Assembly: GCA_963709345.1 (NCBI GenBank)
Contig: CAVPVX010000007.1
Span: 352,001 to 416,000 of the forward strand
Length of the DNA: 64,000 nucleotides
Direction of reading: 5' to 3'
Origin: an uncultured Actinomycetes bacterium
Lineage (GTDB): Bacteria; Actinomycetota; Thermoleophilia; UBA2241
The notes beneath the pieces are model-generated. The model made no database searches and was not told the DNA's origin. It was given only the letters and a program-made list of their open reading frames with translations. This document shows positions 35,101 through 44,678 of the stretch, piece by piece; within the stretch, counting starts at the first letter, position 1; every line of letters begins with the position of its first letter. The position numbers and the translations under genes are program-made.

Positions 35101-35451
35101 TCAGGCGATGGCGTCGAGGGCCTCGGCGCGAGTGGCGTACATGGCGAAGACGCGGTCGAGCCCGGTCACGCCGAGCACGCGCTCGACGGGCCGGCTGGTG
35201 ACGACCAGCGCCATCGTACCGCCGGCGCCGTGTGCGCGCCGCACACTGCCGATGAGCACGCCGAGCGCCGTCGAGTCGAGGAACGTCACGTCGGTCAGGT
35301 CGATGACCAGCCGGCGCACGCCGTCGTCGAGCAGCTCGACCATGCACTCCTTGAACTGCGGCGCCGTGAAGATGTCGACCTCGCCGGCGACGATGACGAC
35401 CCCGAGGTCGTCGGCCGGGCGTTCACTGAAGACGCTGAAGAGGTCGCTCAT
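35101..35451 (-). CDS. STAS anti-sigma factor antagonist
   Basis: GEVDIFTAP, DLTDVTFLDSTALGVL, TGLDRVF. Confidence 0.92.
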   Translation of the reverse strand: MSDLFSVFSERPADDLGVVIVAGEVDIFTAPQFKECMVELLDDGVRRLVIDLTDVTFLDSTALGVLIGSVRRAHGAGGTMALVVTSRPVERVLGVTGLDRVFAMYATRAEALDAIA

Positions 35452-36098
35452 CAGTCCGAGTCCTTGGTCGGCGCCGGCGAGGGTGCGTTCGCGTCGATCC
35501 ACTCCTGTACGGCGGCCGCGTCCGGAGACTCGGGCTCGAGCTCCAGGAACTTGGTGAAGGCCAGCAGAGCAGTGTTGATGTCGCCGGCGTTGATGGCGAC
35601 GGTGGCCATGTCGAAGTACGACTGCGCATCCTTGGGCGTGAGCGCCGTGATCTGGCCGTAAACGCTGGTGGCGAGCTGGTAGTCCTCCAGGAAGAGATAG
35701 ACGTCGACCAGCCGCTTCAGCGTGTCGAGCCGCTCCTGCTTCGCCACCGCGCCCTTCTGCTTGGCGAGGAGCTTGTCGGCGCGCGCGAACGCGGCAGCGG
35801 CTTCTCCCCAGTCCGCATCCTGGGCCTCGGAGCCCACCGGCTGTGTGTTGGCGCGGAGCAGGTAGCTCTCGCCGAGGCCGCGCCAGGCCTCCACGTCCTT
35901 ATCGTTCGCCGCGATCGTCGCCCGGTACGCGGCGATGTCGGCCTTGAGCTGCTCGGTCGCCGAGTCCTCGGCGCCCATGAAGTCACAGCCGTTCAGCACG
36001 CCCGAATAGCCGAAGACGAGAAACCCGGCCATCAACACGGCCATCGCACCGAAAACGATGCGCTGCCAGAACTTGACCCTGCGGCGGTCGAGTAGCAC
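35451..36098 (-). CDS. Membrane-anchored TPR protein
   Basis: N-terminal TM, AWRGLGESY and LAFTKFLELEPES TPR-like helices. Confidence 0.8.
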   Translation of the reverse strand: MLLDRRRVKFWQRIVFGAMAVLMAGFLVFGYSGVLNGCDFMGAEDSATEQLKADIAAYRATIAANDKDVEAWRGLGESYLLRANTQPVGSEAQDADWGEAAAAFARADKLLAKQKGAVAKQERLDTLKRLVDVYLFLEDYQLATSVYGQITALTPKDAQSYFDMATVAINAGDINTALLAFTKFLELEPESPDAAAVQEWIDANAPSPAPTKDSD

Positions 36099-37550
36099 TT
36101 AGACCGTCTCCCCTCGGTTGTCTGGTCCGGTGTGCCACCAGCCGGAGCCGGCGGCTCCGACCTGCACCCCGCCCGTCCGGACGCGGTCCTGAAGCTTGGC
36201 CCGGACCCCGATCGCCGCGGCCCTGATGGCCTCGTCGTCGAGATCCACGTACGCCCGGTCACGATAGAGCTCCCGGCCACCGATGACCGTGAGTGTAACG
36301 TCGTCCTGGTTGGCGCCGTACACCAGCGCCGAATAGGGATCGTCGATGGGCGCGAAGTGCGAACGGGCCACGTCGACGGCGATGAGGTCGGCGAACTTCC
36401 CCGGCTCCAGACTACCGACCTCGTCGCCCACGCCGAGCGCCTCGGCGCCGCCGAGAGTGGCAATGCGCACGCACTTGCGCGCGTCGAGAACGCTCACGTC
36501 GCGCTCGACGGCGCGGTGCAGGAAGAGCATCGTGCGCATCTCGTCGAACATGTCCATGATGTTGCTGGAAGCCGGGCTATCGGTGCCCAGCCCGACGCGG
36601 ACTCCCTCGTGGAGCAGGTCGGCGAGCGGGGCGACCCCGCAGCCCAGCTTGGCGTTGCTCTTGGGACAGTGAGCGACGGCGACCTCTTTGGACCGCAGGA
36701 TGCGGATGTCGTCGCGAGTGAGGTTGACGCAGTGCACCGCCAGGAAGTCGCGGTCGAAGACGTCCCACTGCTGGAGGTACTTGATCGGCGTGACGCCGTA
36801 CGGCTGCACGAGCATGCGCTCCCAGCCCATCTTCTCCCGGTAGTCGTGCGCGAGCTTGCCGGAGCCCGAGCGGACATAGGTGAGCTCATCCTTGCTCTCT
36901 GCGACGTGACTCATGACCTTGAGACCCCGGGACCGCGCCAGCTTGGAGACGGCCTGGTAGAGGCGGCTCGACACCGTGTACGGCGCGTGCGGCGCGAGCC
37001 CGACGTCGATCTGCGGAGGAGCGGCGTCCTGGGCCTCGCTCAGCCGGCGCTCGACGTCGGCGAGCGTCTCGTCGAAGCGCGAGTCGTCGACGCCGAACAC
37101 CTCGAGATACACACGACCGCGGAGGCCGAGGGCGCCGGCGGCCTCGAGCGTCACGGCGCCGTAGCTGGTGTCGGCGATCGTGGTGATGCCCGAAGAGACC
37201 GCCTCCATCGCGCCCAGACGGGCGCCGACCAGGTACTCGTCGGGCGTCAGGGACGCCTTGATGTCGACAAGGCTGATGATCCAGTCAGCGAACTGGGCAT
37301 CGTCGAGGATGCCGCGGAACGACGTGTACTCGATGTGACTGTGGCAATTGACGAACCCGGGCATGACGATGGAACGGCCGAGCTCGACGAGGCGCGCGCC
37401 GGGGTGGGCGGCCAACAGCTTGGGAGCCGGACCGACGTCGACGATACGGTCGCCGGCCACCGCGACGCCGCCGTCGGGCAGCACCGGCTTCGCGACCGGG
37501 ATGACCCAGTCGGCGCGATAGATGGTGATGTCGTGGTCGGAGGTGGTCAC
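36099..37550 (-). CDS. Amidohydrolase (MTA/SAH deaminase-like)
   Basis: PGFVNCHSH, APHAPY, HVAES, HCPKSN, GLGTDS, GSLEPGKFAD. Confidence 0.9.
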   Translation of the reverse strand: MTTSDHDITIYRADWVIPVAKPVLPDGGVAVAGDRIVDVGPAPKLLAAHPGARLVELGRSIVMPGFVNCHSHIEYTSFRGILDDAQFADWIISLVDIKASLTPDEYLVGARLGAMEAVSSGITTIADTSYGAVTLEAAGALGLRGRVYLEVFGVDDSRFDETLADVERRLSEAQDAAPPQIDVGLAPHAPYTVSSRLYQAVSKLARSRGLKVMSHVAESKDELTYVRSGSGKLAHDYREKMGWERMLVQPYGVTPIKYLQQWDVFDRDFLAVHCVNLTRDDIRILRSKEVAVAHCPKSNAKLGCGVAPLADLLHEGVRVGLGTDSPASSNIMDMFDEMRTMLFLHRAVERDVSVLDARKCVRIATLGGAEALGVGDEVGSLEPGKFADLIAVDVARSHFAPIDDPYSALVYGANQDDVTLTVIGGRELYRDRAYVDLDDEAIRAAAIGVRAKLQDRVRTGGVQVGAAGSGWWHTGPDNRGETV

Positions 37551-37705
37551 GTGGCGTCTCGCAGCGGTCGGGACGGGACGGCGGCCCCATCGTGGCCTGG
37601 AGTATAGGGGAGCCTCACGCACACTGGCAAACACCCGCCGCCCAGGCTACCGAGCCGGGCCACCGCGGCAGTATACTCCGGCCAGGCAAGACGGAAGGAT
37701 CCAAC

Positions 37706-38044
37706 GTGCGCGACCGACAAGGACCGAGCTTCTCAGCCGATGTCGTCACCACCGCCGTCTGGGATGCGATCAAAGAAATACCTGGAGTCCGCGACCTCCA
37801 CCGCAACCCGCTGCAGACTCTGGGGGAGCGCGTGCACATGGATCGCCACGGGCCGGTCCGCCTCGACGAGGACGACGACGGACCCGTTCTCGAGGTGCAC
37901 GTGGTCGTCGAAGCCGGAGCCGGCGTCGCCGCGCTCGGCGAGGCCGTGGCACGAGCCGGAGCCACCTATCTGGAGCGCATGACGGGGACGCCGATCACCC
38001 GCGTGGAGGTCTACGTGGACGACGTCGCCGCCCCCGACGAGTGA
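37706..38044 (+). CDS. Asp23/Gls24 family protein
   Basis: EIPGV...LEVHVVV...YLERMTG..ITRVEVYVDDV, GGAAGG RBS, TATACT at 37672. Confidence 0.8.
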   Translation: MRDRQGPSFSADVVTTAVWDAIKEIPGVRDLHRNPLQTLGERVHMDRHGPVRLDEDDDGPVLEVHVVVEAGAGVAALGEAVARAGATYLERMTGTPITRVEVYVDDVAAPDE

Positions 38045-38640
38045 GAGCGCTCGACCTGACGACGGCCAGCCGCGACCTCCTGGCCCCGGTCTGTGCCTCG
38101 TGTGTCTGGTGGCTGGCGCGGGCCGGCGCCGACACCCGGCCGGGCCTGCGCGAGAACTGGGAGCGGGAAGCCGAAGCCGACGCCGGCTTCTTCGGTCGCG
38201 CCCTTCTCGACGGCGACGCCGTCATCGGGTGGATGCACGCAGCCGCGCCGCGTCTGACGCCTCGGGCGCGCTGTTTGCCCGCCGGCCCTCCCTCCCCGGA
38301 TGCCTACGTACTCACCTGCTCCTACTTCTACGACGAGGAGTACCTGCACGGATTCCAGTTGCTCCTTCAGGAACTCGAGGCGGCGCTCAAGCATCGCCGG
38401 GTGGCGGCGCTCGAGGCCTTTGGCCTGCGGCGCTCGCGTGGCGGCGACGCCTTCCGCGGCTATCTGCGCGAGCTCAACCTCTTCAATCCGGACGTGCTCG
38501 AGGGCGGCGGCTTCAGGCGCGTACAGGAGAAGGGCGAGGTCGCGCGCTTCCGCATCGACCTGGCGGCTCTGGTCGAGACACCGCGCCACAGCGTAGCTTG
38601 GGAACGCGTCAAGGCGCCCGCGGGAGCGCAGCCCGTCTGA
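38041..38640 (+). CDS. GNAT-like protein
   Basis: CASCVWW, PAGPPSPDAYVLTC, ALEAFG. GTGA overlap with the upstream stop. Confidence 0.7.
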   Translation: MRALDLTTASRDLLAPVCASCVWWLARAGADTRPGLRENWEREAEADAGFFGRALLDGDAVIGWMHAAAPRLTPRARCLPAGPPSPDAYVLTCSYFYDEEYLHGFQLLLQELEAALKHRRVAALEAFGLRRSRGGDAFRGYLRELNLFNPDVLEGGGFRRVQEKGEVARFRIDLAALVETPRHSVAWERVKAPAGAQPV

Positions 38641-38705
38641 GTAGCCGCCGGGGCGCGCCGTCCACGCCGGCGCCGGAAGCGCTCCGGCGGCCAAGAAGGC
38701 GGCGA

Positions 38706-39968
38706 CTAGCGGTAGAGTCGCGGGAGCCGCTGCTTCCAGTCGTCGGGCACCACGGCCTCGAGCGCGTCATCGAGCGTGACGATGCCGAGCAGGTGCAGTT
38801 CCTCGTCGACGATCGGTATCGCCAGGAGGTCGTACTTGGTCATGACCCGGCCGACCTCCTCCTCGTCGACGTCGGCCGTCACTCTGATGACGTCGTCCTC
38901 CATGAACGCGACCAACTCGTCGTCGGGCGCGGCCAGGACGAGGTCACGGAGGCTCACCACCCCCACGAGCCGCTCTTCGCGGTCGACCACGTAGAGGTAG
39001 GTCATCATGTGCTGCTCGGGCCGCTCCCGGCGAATCCAGTCGAGAGCCTTGCCGGCCTTCGCCGTGTGCGGCAGCATGACGAAGTCGGTCGACATCAGCG
39101 ATCCGGCGGTGTGCTCGGGGTGGCTCGCGAGTCGGCGCAGATCCTGCTCGCGTTTGTCCGGCAGGCGCTCCAGGAGCTCCTGCGCCAGGGAGTCCGGCAG
39201 CTCGCTGAGGATGTCCGCCGCCTCGTCGGCCTCGATGCGCTCGAGGACCAGCGCCGCCCTTTCCAGGGGCATCTCCTGCAGGGCCGCCGTGCACAGGTCC
39301 TCCTCCATCTCCTGCAGCGTGTCGGCGGCCAGCCCGGCGTTGAGCGCGGCCAGCACGGCCGCGCGTTCGCGCGGCCCGACCTGGCCGATGATGTCGGCGA
39401 TGTCCGCCGGATGCAGCTCGGCCAGCTCGGCGAACGCCTCCACGAAGTTGAGCCGCGAAAGACGGAGGGCGATGAGATTGACATCGCTCCAGGGCACGAA
39501 GTCGCCACTCTTGCTGGGCAGGCGGCGCGAGAGGAAGCGCAGGCCGAAGCGGCGCGCCAGCGCGGCCGGGCTCGTGTCGACGCCGGCCACGACCAGCCGG
39601 TCGTCGCGCGTCTCGAGCGCCACATCCTGGACGCGCACGAACGCCCTGCGGCGCATGTCGAGCACCTGGTTGTCGAGCAGCGCGTCAACCAGCGACAGCT
39701 CGTCGGAACGCAGGGATGCGGGCTTCACGGCGGCGTGCGGGACGCCCAGCACCAGCCGCTCGCCGTCGACGTTGATCTCCGCCACCTGCGCCCACGAGGC
39801 CGCGAGCTGCCCGTCGTCGTGCTCGATGAAGAAGGCCGTCACGACGGGCGGGTCCTCGGCGGTGGTCGCCACCACGTCGAGCAACTCCCCGACCTCGACG
39901 CCGTCGGCGTCGACGACCTTCATGTCTTCGAGCTCGGAGAGCGCCAGCGATCCCGGCGTGTCGTCCAT
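38706..39968 (-). CDS. PRC + MgtE intracellular N-domain + CBS protein (no TM domain)
   Basis: Two PRC-like segments, LHPADIAD, TAGSLMST, YLYVVD, KYDLLAIPIVD. Confidence 0.85.
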   Translation of the reverse strand: MDDTPGSLALSELEDMKVVDADGVEVGELLDVVATTAEDPPVVTAFFIEHDDGQLAASWAQVAEINVDGERLVLGVPHAAVKPASLRSDELSLVDALLDNQVLDMRRRAFVRVQDVALETRDDRLVVAGVDTSPAALARRFGLRFLSRRLPSKSGDFVPWSDVNLIALRLSRLNFVEAFAELAELHPADIADIIGQVGPRERAAVLAALNAGLAADTLQEMEEDLCTAALQEMPLERAALVLERIEADEAADILSELPDSLAQELLERLPDKREQDLRRLASHPEHTAGSLMSTDFVMLPHTAKAGKALDWIRRERPEQHMMTYLYVVDREERLVGVVSLRDLVLAAPDDELVAFMEDDVIRVTADVDEEEVGRVMTKYDLLAIPIVDEELHLLGIVTLDDALEAVVPDDWKQRLPRLYR

Positions 39969-40117
39969 GGACGGTCCACTTCCTTTCGCATCGGGACCCG
40001 ACGAGGATACTCACGCCGCCGGGCGGCAGTCAATCGTGGCCCGCGCAGCAACCTCCCGCGGTGAGATATGCTCTCGCGGTCCGATCCACACCGACCCCGA
40101 AGGAGGACGAGGTCTCA

Positions 40118-41569
40118 ATGGAAGCGTCATCTGAAGCCCCTGCCGGCGTGCTGGAGCGCTTCTTCAAGTTCAAGCAGTGGGACACCTCGGTCAAGCGGGA
40201 CACGCTCGCCGGGCTCACGACATTCATGGTCATGGCCTACATCATCTTCGTGAACCCGAACATCCTGGGACTGGGCGGCGATCCCGCGGGCCTGCCGTTC
40301 GCGGCGGCCCTCACGTCGACCTGCCTCGTGGCCGGCGTCATGACCATCATCATGGGGCTCTTCACCAACCGGGCGTACGCCATCGCTCCGGGCATGGGGC
40401 TCAACGCCGTCGTCGCCTTCAGTCTGGTACTCGGCCAGGGCCTGACGATGGAGAACGCGATGGGCCTCATCGTGCTCGAGGGCGTCGCCATCACCATCCT
40501 CGTCCTGACCGGCTTCAGGGAGAAGATCTTCAAGTCGATCCCGCTCGAGCTCAAGAAGGCGATCGTCGTCGGCATCGGCTTCTTCATCCTGTTCATCGGC
40601 CTCGTCGACGGCGGGCTCATCAACGTCGAGGGCGGCACGCCCGTGGGGCTCGTCGAGCTCGGCACGGTGCCGATGGTGCCGCTGGCGGTGACCGTCGTCG
40701 CCGTCCTGGCAACGATCGTGATGCTCGCGCTGCGCTGGCGTGCCGCGATCCTTCTCGGCATCGTCTTCGCCACGGTGTTCGCCATCGTCATGAACTACAT
40801 CTGGGGCCAGAACGCCGGCTTCCTGCCGGGCCAGGCCGTCCTGCCGACAGAGTTCGTCGCGATGCCCGACTTCAGCCTCGTCGGCGCCTTCGACTTCGGC
40901 GCCATCGGCAAGCTGGGCGTCACCGCCGCGGTGCTCTGGATCTTCAGCCTCATGCTGAGCGACTTCTTCGACACCATGGGCACCGTCGTCGGGGTCGGCG
41001 GCCAGGCCGGCTACCTCGACAAGAAGGGCGACCTCCCGCAGGTCAATCGCCCGCTCCTCGTCGACTCCGTGGCCGCCATCGCCGGTGGCGCCGTGAGCGC
41101 CTCGTCGGCGACCACGTACATCGAGTCCGGCGCCGGGGTCGCTCAAGGCGGGCGAACGGGCTGGGTGGCGGTCGTCGTCGGCGTCCTGTTCCTCGCCGCG
41201 ATGTTCTTCTCGCCGATCGCCGGGATCGTCCCCGGCCAGGCGACCGCGGCGGCGCTGATCATCGTTGGCTACCTCATGATGGCCACGCTCACGAAGGCCG
41301 AGAGCGAGGCCGAGCACGACACGACGGAGCCGAAGGCGGGTATCAACTTCGGCAACCTCGCCTTCGGCCTCCCCGCCGTCCTGATCATCACGATCATGCC
41401 GCTGACCTACAGCATCACCAACGGCATCGGCGCCGGCTTCATCGCCTACGTCCTCATCCGTGTGGTGCAGGGCAAGGGTCGCGAGGTCAACTGGCTGCTC
41501 TGGGTCTCGTCCCTCGCGTTCGTGCTCTACTTCATCTTCCCCTACCTGCAGGCCAAGGGCTGGGTCTGA
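40118..41569 (+). CDS. NCS2/AzgA purine permease
   Basis: AGLTTFMVMAYIIFVNP, APGMGLNA, FFDTMGT, YIESGAGV..GGRTG, PLTYSITNG. Confidence 0.93.
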   Translation: MEASSEAPAGVLERFFKFKQWDTSVKRDTLAGLTTFMVMAYIIFVNPNILGLGGDPAGLPFAAALTSTCLVAGVMTIIMGLFTNRAYAIAPGMGLNAVVAFSLVLGQGLTMENAMGLIVLEGVAITILVLTGFREKIFKSIPLELKKAIVVGIGFFILFIGLVDGGLINVEGGTPVGLVELGTVPMVPLAVTVVAVLATIVMLALRWRAAILLGIVFATVFAIVMNYIWGQNAGFLPGQAVLPTEFVAMPDFSLVGAFDFGAIGKLGVTAAVLWIFSLMLSDFFDTMGTVVGVGGQAGYLDKKGDLPQVNRPLLVDSVAAIAGGAVSASSATTYIESGAGVAQGGRTGWVAVVVGVLFLAAMFFSPIAGIVPGQATAAALIIVGYLMMATLTKAESEAEHDTTEPKAGINFGNLAFGLPAVLIITIMPLTYSITNGIGAGFIAYVLIRVVQGKGREVNWLLWVSSLAFVLYFIFPYLQAKGWV

Positions 41570-41607
41570 TCACCGCCTCACGCCCGGGCGACCGGGCGGA
41601 CTGAGAA

Positions 41608-41650
41608 CGACGACGGGGGCGGGAGCCATGCGCCCCCGCCCCCGCCGTCG
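41608..41650. terminator. GC-rich hairpin between convergent genes
   Basis: CGACGACGGGGGCGGG...CCCGCCCCCGCCGTCG. Confidence 0.6.
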
Positions 41651-41670
41651 TGACCCTCACCTGCGCCCGG

Positions 41671-42573
41671 TCACTGGGACCCGTCGGCGCTGTCCTCAAC
41701 GTAGATGTGGACGATCGACCCTTCCGGCACCGGCGTCCCGACGGCCGGGACCACCCTGATGACGGCGCCCGGCGACATGCCGGTACCCGGCGACCAGCTC
41801 GTCCGCACCTCGAACCCGTGCGCGGTCAGCTTGTTCTGCGCCTGCTTGTAGGGCATGTTCAGCACGTCGGGCACGACGGGCTCGGGCGGGGCGCCGGCGA
41901 GCACGACGCTCACCTTGGTCCCGCGCGCGACCTTCACCGTGGCCGGCAGCGACTGGCTGATCACGGTGCCCTGCGCGGCCGTCGTGCTGACCTGGGTCCC
42001 GACGGTTCCCAAAGCGAGACCGGATCCGTTCAGGCGACTCGTCGCCTGGGCCTGGGTGAGCCCGGTCAGCGCCGGCACGACCACCGTCGGGCTCGTGTGG
42101 CTGTAGTACACGATGACGACGCTACCGCGCGGCACCTCGGTGCCGGCGGCCGGCTCCTCCTCGTAGATCTGCCCGTTCTCGACGGCGGTGCTCGCACCGG
42201 CAACGGGCTTGATGCTCAGCCCCTCCGCGGTGAGCGCGGCCTCAGCCTGTTCGAGCGTCTGCCCGCTGACATCCGGCACTGCCACCTTCGCGGCGCCGTC
42301 GCTCACCCACAGGACCACCGTAGTCCCCTTGGCGACCTTCTCACCGGAGGCCGGCTGCTGCCTCGTGACCGTCCCCTTCTCGACCTTGTCCGAGTAGGCG
42401 TGCTCGATCGAGTGCGCGAGACCGGCGCTCGTCGCCTCGCCCTTGGCGTCGGCGAGCGTCTGGCCCACGAGATCGGGAACGTCGACTCCCGAATCCATCT
42501 TCCAGACCGCGTAGCCCGCCAGACCGGCCGCAACGACGGCCACGATGGCCAGGACGATGACTGCCATCTTCAT
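41671..42573 (-). CDS. Membrane-anchored protein with four PASTA domains
   Basis: N-terminal TM then VPDLVG, VPDVSG, VPALTG, VPDVLN repeats, AGGAGG RBS. Confidence 0.9.
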   Translation of the reverse strand: MKMAVIVLAIVAVVAAGLAGYAVWKMDSGVDVPDLVGQTLADAKGEATSAGLAHSIEHAYSDKVEKGTVTRQQPASGEKVAKGTTVVLWVSDGAAKVAVPDVSGQTLEQAEAALTAEGLSIKPVAGASTAVENGQIYEEEPAAGTEVPRGSVVIVYYSHTSPTVVVPALTGLTQAQATSRLNGSGLALGTVGTQVSTTAAQGTVISQSLPATVKVARGTKVSVVLAGAPPEPVVPDVLNMPYKQAQNKLTAHGFEVRTSWSPGTGMSPGAVIRVVPAVGTPVPEGSIVHIYVEDSADGSQ

Positions 42574-42647
42574 GTCGCGTACCTCCTGCTTCCTCTTCTC
42601 GCGCTTGGGGCGCGACGGGCGTCGCGCTCGCCGTGGAGTCTCAGTCT

Positions 42648-42675
42648 CTATCGGCAGGCGGAGGTGCGGAACTTA
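42648..42675 (-). promoter_or_regulatory. sigma-28 (FliA/WhiG)-like promoter
   Basis: TAAG-N16-GCCGATAG upstream of the PASTA-only gene. Confidence 0.45.
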
Positions 42676-42756
42676 GCCTGGAGCACGAGCGCTGAACGAC
42701 GACGGCCGCGCCCCTTCGAGAGACCCGGCCGTCGTGTCCGGCGTCGACGAGAAGCG

Positions 42757-44619
42757 TCAGACGGCGATGACGAGGAGCACGGTGTCGCCCACGGAGACGA
42801 CCGTCCCCGTGTCGGGTACGACCCGGACGACGGTCCCCGGCGGCTGGCCAGTGTTGGGCTTCTCCCTGAACTTGGCGGTGAGCCCGATGTCGTTGAGGGC
42901 GCCCTCGGCGACCGCCGAGTCCATGCCGTACACGTTGGGCACGGAGACCCCGCTCGGGCTCGGCGAGGGCGACGGCGTCGGCGAACCGCTGGAGATCACG
43001 ACGTTCACGGCCGAGCCCTTCGTGACCTTGGTCCCGGCGGCCGGATCCTGCCGGATCACCGAGCCGGAGGGGACGGTGCTGCTCGTCTCAGAGGTGATCG
43101 TGCCGAAGATGAGCCCGACGCCCGACAGCAGCGTCTGGGCGTCGGCCTGCGTGCGGTTGGTCAACTCGGGCACGGCCACCTGCGGCTCACCACTGCTGAC
43201 GAAGTACGTGATCGTGTCGCCGCGCTTGACGTCCGTGCCGGCGGCGGGCTCTTGCTTATAGACCCTGCCCTCGTCGGCCGCGGCCGACCTGCCTTTCTTC
43301 TGTGCGCCCTTGAGGTCGTTGTCGGCGAGCCACGCCTTGACCTCCTGGGCGGTCCAGCCACGGAAGTCCGTGAGGGTCACGGTCTCGCTGCCCTTGCTGA
43401 CCCAGATGTCGACGGTGCCGCCTTCGCGAAGGTCGGTGCCGGCCGCCGGCTCCTGCCGGCTGACGAAGCCGGCGGCGAACTCGTTGGAGAACTCGTCCTG
43501 CACGGCCGCTGTGAAGCCCTTCTTCTCGAGCGTGCGCACGGCCGCGGCCTCGGTCTGGCCGACCACTCCCGGCACCGCGACCTTGTCGCCGCTCATGGCC
43601 CACCAGAGGCCGAGAGCCGCCGCCGCGATGACGGCGAGCAGGAGGATGAGGAGCACCAGCGGCCAGCGCGAGCGCTTGCGCCGCGCCGCCGACGAGGATG
43701 CCGGACCGAGGACCGACGTGGCCTCCGGCGGCGCCGCCATGAGCCGCGTCCGCTCGCCGTCGGCGTCGAACGCCGCCGCCACGATCGGCCCCCCGGCCTT
43801 CGCCGACCGCAGGTCACGGGCAAACTCCGCCGCCGTCTGGTACCGGTCGGCGGGGTCCTTGGCCATCGCCTTGAGCACGATCTGGTTGAGCGCGTACGGC
43901 ATGCCGGGGACCAGCTCGGAGGGCTCCGCCGGAACCTCGTTCACGTGCTTGAGCGCGACCGTGACGGCGCTGTCGCCCTTGAACGGCACGGTGCCGGTCA
44001 GCATCTCGTAGAGGACCACGCCGACGGAGTACAGGTCCGAGCGCTCGTCGACCGGATACCCCTTGGCCTGCTCGGGCGCGAGATACTGCGCGGTGCCGAG
44101 GATCGAGCCGGCCTCGGTCATGCCGGAGTCCCCAGCGCGCGCGATGCCGAAGTCCATGACCTTGACGATCCCGTCGCGGTCGAGCATCACGTTCTGCGGC
44201 TTGATGTCGCGATGGATGATGCCGCTGCGATGCGCGAATTCCACTGCGGCCAGCAGCTGCAGGCCGATTCCGACGGTCTCGTTGCCGCTCAGGCGGCCGC
44301 GCCGGCGGATGAGATCCTTGAGCGTCTCGCCCTCGACGTACTCCATGACGATGTAGTAGATACCGTCGACCTCACCCCAGTCGTGGATGCCGACGAGATT
44401 AGTGTGGTTGAGCCCGGCCGCCGCCTTGGCCTCGCGGCGGAAGCGCTCGACGAACGTGGGGTCGTCGAGGAACCGGCGGAGCAGTACCTTGAGCGCGACG
44501 CGCCGGCCCAGCGTCTGATCCTCGCACAGGTACACGTCGGCCATGCCGCCGCCGCCGAGCTTGCGCAGCACCCGATACCTGCCGCCGACCACCTGCTCTG
44601 GCTGAAAGACGTCACTCAC
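42757..44619 (-). CDS. pknB: PASTA Ser/Thr kinase PknB
   Basis: [28 protein letters not shown] helix, four PASTA domains. Confidence 0.95.
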   Translation of the reverse strand: MSDVFQPEQVVGGRYRVLRKLGGGGMADVYLCEDQTLGRRVALKVLLRRFLDDPTFVERFRREAKAAAGLNHTNLVGIHDWGEVDGIYYIVMEYVEGETLKDLIRRRGRLSGNETVGIGLQLLAAVEFAHRSGIIHRDIKPQNVMLDRDGIVKVMDFGIARAGDSGMTEAGSILGTAQYLAPEQAKGYPVDERSDLYSVGVVLYEMLTGTVPFKGDSAVTVALKHVNEVPAEPSELVPGMPYALNQIVLKAMAKDPADRYQTAAEFARDLRSAKAGGPIVAAAFDADGERTRLMAAPPEATSVLGPASSSAARRKRSRWPLVLLILLLAVIAAAALGLWWAMSGDKVAVPGVVGQTEAAAVRTLEKKGFTAAVQDEFSNEFAAGFVSRQEPAAGTDLREGGTVDIWVSKGSETVTLTDFRGWTAQEVKAWLADNDLKGAQKKGRSAAADEGRVYKQEPAAGTDVKRGDTITYFVSSGEPQVAVPELTNRTQADAQTLLSGVGLIFGTITSETSSTVPSGSVIRQDPAAGTKVTKGSAVNVVISSGSPTPSPSPSPSGVSVPNVYGMDSAVAEGALNDIGLTAKFREKPNTGQPPGTVVRVVPDTGTVVSVGDTVLLVIAV

Positions 44620-44678
44620 GTCTGCCTACCTCGTTCCCTCGTCGACTGGTACGACCCCTGGCGCAGCCTGCCCTGCCG

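Noticed and set aside
38706-39968. Truncated mgtE pseudogene
   Set aside because: PRC-MgtE_N-CBS proteins without a TM domain are a known intact architecture, and the ORF ends cleanly.
40020-40117. Purine riboswitch upstream of the NCS2 permease
   Set aside because: No consensus core, and a TATGCT -10 at about 40067 leaves too short a leader.
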